A model generated the notes under the pieces. It was given only the letters and a program-made list of their open reading frames with translations, made no database searches and was not told where the DNA came from. A program made the translations under genes and the position numbers. Shown here piece after piece: positions 59,646 through 64,000 of a DNA stretch of 64,000 nucleotides. The DNA comes from an uncultured bacterium (GTDB taxonomy: Bacteria; Chlamydiota; Chlamydiia; Chlamydiales; SM23-39). The stretch's first letter is position 1; the number at the start of each line of letters is the position of its first letter. Location of the stretch: assembly GCA_963716985.1 (NCBI GenBank), contig OY970323.1, forward strand, positions 896,001 through 960,000. The letters run 5' to 3'.

Positions 59646-62320
59646 AAACTATTCAAGAGCTTATAAACACTGCTACGGTCCTGGTTGGTTGCGATAAAGG
59701 CTTATTAGCGATCGATGAAAGTAACCCAACCTGTAACAAACGATTTGCCAAATTAGGAATTCCCCAAACCGAAGAAACTCGAAGATCCTACCGGGAATTG
59801 ATTGTAACTACACCCGGTTTAGGTGAGTTTATCAGCGGCGTCATTCTTTACGATGAGACGATCCGCCAGTCCACGAAAAATGGGACTCCTTTTATTCAAG
59901 TTATTACCGATGCAGGGATCATTCCTGGCATCAAAGTCGATACCGGTGCAAAGGAAATGGCAGATTTCCCTGGAGAAAAGATCACTGAAGGTCTGGACGG
60001 ATTGCGCGAACGTCTGGCTGAATACTCTGAAATGGGCGCCCGTTTTTGCAAGTGGCGCGCAGTGTTTGCTGTGAGCGATTTGCTTCCAAGCAAGGGATGC
60101 ATCGAGGCAAATGCGCTAGGCTTAGCTCGCTATGCCGCATTATGCCAGGAAGCTGGCCTGGTTCCGGTCGTTGAGCCTGAAGTGCTCATGGAAGGCGAGC
60201 ATACCTTAGAACGCTGCTGCGAGGTAACGGAGGATGTTCTGCGAACAGTTTTCAATCAACTTTATACTCAAGGAGTAATGCTGGAAGGGATGCTTTTGAA
60301 GCCCAATATGGTGCTTCCTGGATTGAGCTGTCCAAAACAAGAAACTATTGACGAGGTAGCTGATGCCACGGTGAGATGCCTATTGCGCACTGTCCCAGCG
60401 GCCGTTCCTGGGATTATGTTCCTATCGGGCGGTCAATCCGGTGAACTGGCCTCAGCTCGCCTGAATGCCATGAATATCAGATTCAAGTCAAAACTTCCTT
60501 GGGCGTTGGGGTTTTCATTTGCTCGAGCTATTCAACAGCCAGCTTTGGAGATTTGGCAAGGCAAGGAAGTAAACGTACCTGCAGCACAAAAGGCTTTGTA
60601 CCATCGAGCCAGATGCAACCAGGCTGCACGCCGTGGCGATTATAATGCCATGCTGGAAAAAGATAGAGCCATACCAACAAATAAAGTGCCACTCACAAAA
60701 CTCGCTGCATGGAATGCTCTCAAATCCCATTACCCAAAAGTTCGAGAATTGCATCTTAGGGAACTTTTCGCAAATGATCCAAAGCGCGCAAAACACATGA
60801 CAGCTGAAGCAGTTGGCATCTATTTTGACTATTCGAAGCATCGCATTACTGACGAGACACTTAAGCTCCTTCTGAAATTGGCGGAGGAATCTGGGTTGCG
60901 TTCTCGCATTGATTCTATGTTTAGGGGTGACAAAATTAACGTCACGGAGAAGAGAGCCGTCCTGCACGTGGCGCTGCGTGCCCCAAAAGGGCAATCTATT
61001 GTCCTAGACGGTGAAGACGTCGTACCTCAAGTCCACGCAGTTCTCGAAAAGATGGCCCATTTTTCCAATCGAATTCGGAGCGGGGAATGGAGAGGTCACA
61101 CAGGCAAGCCCATCCGCAATGTCATCAATATCGGCATTGGTGGATCTGATCTAGGTCCTGTGATGGCGTATGAGGCATTACGTCATTATAGCCAGAGGAA
61201 CTTAACCTTCCGTTTCATCTCTAATATCGATGGCACAGACTTCGCTGAGGCCACCCGCGACCTCGATGCTGGAGAGACTCTATTTATTATCTCGTCGAAG
61301 ACCTTTACGACATTAGAGACGATGACGAATGCTCACACAGCCCGTGAATGGGTTCTCAAGACTTTGAAACACGCTTCTGCTGTGGCTAAGCATTTTGTCG
61401 CTGTCTCGACTAACGCGGAGGAAGTGGCTAAATTTGGTATCGATACTGCAAATATGTTTGTATTTTGGGACTGGGTTGGTGGCAGGTATTCAATGGATTC
61501 AGCGATTGGTCTTTCAACAATGATCGCTATCGGCCCGGACAATTTTCGTTCCATGCTCGACGGATTCCATCAGATGGATGAACATTTTCGCACGGCCCCT
61601 TTCGAGTGCAATTTACCAGTGCTTATGGGATTGCTTGCTCTCTGGTATAACAACTTCTTTGATACACAGACTATAGCAGTTCTTCCGTATGAACAGTACT
61701 TGAAGCGTTTCCCCGCTTATCTCCAGCAGTTGACGATGGAAAGCAATGGCAAGCATGTTACGCTTGATGGGACTAAGATCCCTTACCAAACCGGACCAAT
61801 TTTCTGGGGTGAACCAGGAACCAATGGTCAGCATTCCTTCTATCAACTGATTCATCAAGGGACCAAGCTCATCCCTTGCGACTTCATTGCGTTTGAGTCT
61901 CCATTAAATCCTATTGGTCGTCACCATGATTTACTCTTGGCCAACGTCTTTGCTCAGGCAGAGGCCCTGGCTTTTGGAAAAACGGCACAGGAGCTACAAG
62001 CAGAAAACATCCCGGAGTGGCTAATCCCACATCGAACTTTCGAGGGCAACCGTCCTTCCAGTATGATCTTCCTGGAACAGCTAACCCCCCAGGCATTGGG
62101 AAAACTGGTTGCTCTATATGAACACAGTGTTTTCACTCAAGGCGCTATATGGGAAATTGATTCATTCGACCAGTGGGGGGTTGAACTGGGAAAAGCACTT
62201 GCTGAGCGGATCATCCCTGAACTTGAAAGAGGGAACAAATCTCAACTCAAGCATGATAGTTCAACTAACAACTTAATCCAGCGCTATACGAGATCGAAGG
62301 AGCAATTGCATGAGCGATAA
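59642..62320 (+). CDS. Class I fructose-bisphosphate aldolase fused to glucose-6-phosphate isomerase
   Basis: The N-terminal ~340 aa contain [25 protein letters not shown] and FLSGGQ. The C-terminal part contains [15 protein letters not shown] and DQWGVELGK. Confidence 0.92.
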   Translation: MKTIQELINTATVLVGCDKGLLAIDESNPTCNKRFAKLGIPQTEETRRSYRELIVTTPGLGEFISGVILYDETIRQSTKNGTPFIQVITDAGIIPGIKVDTGAKEMADFPGEKITEGLDGLRERLAEYSEMGARFCKWRAVFAVSDLLPSKGCIEANALGLARYAALCQEAGLVPVVEPEVLMEGEHTLERCCEVTEDVLRTVFNQLYTQGVMLEGMLLKPNMVLPGLSCPKQETIDEVADATVRCLLRTVPAAVPGIMFLSGGQSGELASARLNAMNIRFKSKLPWALGFSFARAIQQPALEIWQGKEVNVPAAQKALYHRARCNQAARRGDYNAMLEKDRAIPTNKVPLTKLAAWNALKSHYPKVRELHLRELFANDPKRAKHMTAEAVGIYFDYSKHRITDETLKLLLKLAEESGLRSRIDSMFRGDKINVTEKRAVLHVALRAPKGQSIVLDGEDVVPQVHAVLEKMAHFSNRIRSGEWRGHTGKPIRNVINIGIGGSDLGPVMAYEALRHYSQRNLTFRFISNIDGTDFAEATRDLDAGETLFIISSKTFTTLETMTNAHTAREWVLKTLKHASAVAKHFVAVSTNAEEVAKFGIDTANMFVFWDWVGGRYSMDSAIGLSTMIAIGPDNFRSMLDGFHQMDEHFRTAPFECNLPVLMGLLALWYNNFFDTQTIAVLPYEQYLKRFPAYLQQLTMESNGKHVTLDGTKIPYQTGPIFWGEPGTNGQHSFYQLIHQGTKLIPCDFIAFESPLNPIGRHHDLLLANVFAQAEALAFGKTAQELQAENIPEWLIPHRTFEGNRPSSMIFLEQLTPQALGKLVALYEHSVFTQGAIWEIDSFDQWGVELGKALAERIIPELERGNKSQLKHDSSTNNLIQRYTRSKEQLHER

Positions 62321-63089
62321 TTCATCCCATCGAACCCCTGTGATTGCGGCTAACTGGAAAATGTATAAGACGATTGAAGAAGCAGTGCATTTTGTGAAGA
62401 GTTTGATTCCTTTAATTCAAGATGTTCCCGTTAAGGTCTATATTGCAGTTCCGTATACAGCGCTATATTCTGCTGCCTCTGAAGCCAAAGGTTCTTCTAT
62501 CGTGATGGGAGCGCAAAACATGTACGATGCTACCGAAGGTGCTTTCACTGGAGAAATTTCGGCGAATATGTTGAAAGATGCGGGAGCGAAATTTGTCATC
62601 TTAGGCCATTCAGAACGGCGGCGCCTTTTTCACGAAACGAACGCTTTCATTCGTCGCAAGGTTGAAAAAGCCTTATCGGAAAGCCTGCAACCCATTTTCT
62701 GCATCGGAGAAACGGAGCAAGAGCGTGAAGGTGGAAAAACAGAAGAAATTCTAAAACAACAATTGGATCAATCTCTAGGCAATATCTCTGCCGAACAGAT
62801 GACATCCATCATTCTAGCTTACGAACCTATCTGGGCTATTGGATCTGGTAAGTCAGCTCTTCCAAAAAAAGTTCAAGCAGTGCACGCATTTTGCCGTCAG
62901 TGGGTGAGCGAAAAGTGGGGGAAAGAAACAGCTCAAAAAATAATTATTCTGTACGGTGGTTCAGTGCATCCTAATGATACTAAGGATTTCATGGAACAAC
63001 CAGATGTAGATGGCGTATTAGTGGGAGGCGCTTCGCTCAAGGTAGAATCGTTTAATCAAATTATCCACTATCCAATCGTAAGAAAATAA
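62310..63089 (+). CDS. tpiA: Triosephosphate isomerase
   Basis: [25 protein letters not shown] and LVGGAS. Confidence 0.97.
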   Translation: MSDNSSHRTPVIAANWKMYKTIEEAVHFVKSLIPLIQDVPVKVYIAVPYTALYSAASEAKGSSIVMGAQNMYDATEGAFTGEISANMLKDAGAKFVILGHSERRRLFHETNAFIRRKVEKALSESLQPIFCIGETEQEREGGKTEEILKQQLDQSLGNISAEQMTSIILAYEPIWAIGSGKSALPKKVQAVHAFCRQWVSEKWGKETAQKIIILYGGSVHPNDTKDFMEQPDVDGVLVGGASLKVESFNQIIHYPIVRK

Positions 63090-63151
63090 AAAATCTTTAA
63101 TTTAATTGTTGTAAAGCATTAAGCAGAAACATCACATGCAACAAGTATTGT

Positions 63152-63180
63152 TTGACACTTTAATGAGTTCTGTGTATTTC
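63152..63180 (+). promoter_or_regulatory. Possible sigma70-type promoter for the CBS gene
   Basis: TTGACA, 17-nt spacer, weak -10 (TG-TATTTC). Confidence 0.3.
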
Positions 63181-63227
63181 CAAGACTAGCCTAACCGCTC
63201 AATGAACCCCAAGTAACAGGAGATTTT

Positions 63228-63665
63228 ATGACAAAACTAGTTAAGGATGTTATGAATAAGGCCCCAAAAGCCATACACCCAGAAGAACCGATTCATAAAG
63301 CGGCTTCACTGATGCACAAACATGACATTAGTCATCTGCCAGTCATCGACGATGATAAACAAGTGGTTGGCCACGTTCATACTAATGATGTTCTCAAAGC
63401 AGTAGCTGAGCAAAAACCTCATACTACTCCTGTCAAACACATTATGAGCGAGCCGCCAGTAGTATTGCCGGAAAATACCCCTATACATGAAGCGGCTAAT
63501 CAGCTTGCTAAAGCAAAAGTTAAAGGAGCTGCTGCAGTAAACGACAACGGAGAGCTAAGCGGATTCGTTCATGCTCGTGATATTGAAGAAAAAGTGCCAG
63601 ATGCTAAACCGCATGTGGATAAAATTCTTAATGCCACTAAGCATAACCCCAAAAAAGCTGCTTAA
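63228..63665 (+). CDS. Tandem CBS-domain protein
   Basis: VKDVM...HLPVID...VVG and VKHIM...LSG repeats; AGGAG RBS. Confidence 0.88.
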   Translation: MTKLVKDVMNKAPKAIHPEEPIHKAASLMHKHDISHLPVIDDDKQVVGHVHTNDVLKAVAEQKPHTTPVKHIMSEPPVVLPENTPIHEAANQLAKAKVKGAAAVNDNGELSGFVHARDIEEKVPDAKPHVDKILNATKHNPKKAA

Positions 63666-63812
63666 GGCTAGGATTCAGATCACAACTTACGCCAAATGCT
63701 CAACCTACACGATGTGTGCCGGTTGAGTATTTGGTTTCCTACAATATGAAAAGGCTCAATTTGAATGCGCAAAAGCTTATAGACACTGCGATGGAAAAGA
63801 CGAGGAAATGTC

Positions 63813-64000
63813 ATGGAACCTGATGCCGATAACTCCAAAGCTCCAGAATCGAAGGTTCCGGCTAGAGCTTCGTCCAAAACTCCTGCAACAAAGTCAGGAT
63901 CGCAGCCTGATGCGAAGGAAGATCTAAAGTCCTTGTCTTTGGCTGAAGTGGGAAAAAAATTGGGATTCTCGCCGGAAGGACTCACAGAGGCTGAGGCGGC
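63813..64000 (+). CDS. N-terminus of a P-type ATPase (probably H+-efflux type), truncated by the window
   Basis: Manual translation MEPDADNSK...EDLKSLSLAEVGKKLGFSPEGLTEAEA matches the cation-ATPase N-terminal GLT..EA motif; GAGG RBS. Confidence 0.7.
   Translation, partial: MEPDADNSKAPESKVPARASSKTPATKSGSQPDAKEDLKSLSLAEVGKKLGFSPEGLTEAEA

Noticed and set aside
63680..63985. 101-aa minus-strand ORF
   Set aside because: It is antisense to the more convincing P-type ATPase N-terminus.

Overview
The window has three parts, and the host is probably an environmental chlamydia (inferred from uhpC and the overall gene style). (1) Positions 1-11.3 kb hold a minus-strand secondary-metabolite operon: membrane protein, thioesterase fused to an MIO ammonia-lyase, Sfp-type PPTase, ABC exporter pair, and a hybrid PKS-NRPS of >1890 codons (ACP-KS-DH-KR-ACP-C-A, no AT domain). 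The PKS-NRPS runs off the left edge and is absent from the ORF track. (2) Positions ~12.2-52.1 kb form a ~40 kb nested island bounded by two direct copies of an integrase/hypothetical/Xis-like/Rep module. It has four related tyrosine integrases and two tRNA(CAT) 3'-half att cores with 11-bp-period arm repeats, but no intact tRNA. It carries two divergent copies of a Cas4-like nuclease + SNF2 + Type III Mod/Res cassette. One copy is intact and has an inserted PIN-like gene; the other is knocked out by an IS1634-family element and a 94-bp MITE, both at CTAG. It also carries an orphan AbiEi-like gene and a putative HEPN-HicB-YhcG-membrane protein operon. (3) Positions 52.3-64 kb encode carbon metabolism: uhpC-glgC, ackA, phosphoketolase, transaldolase, a class I aldolase-PGI fusion, tpiA, a CBS protein and the start of a P-type ATPase. 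All family assignments come from manual motif reading; no database searches were run.
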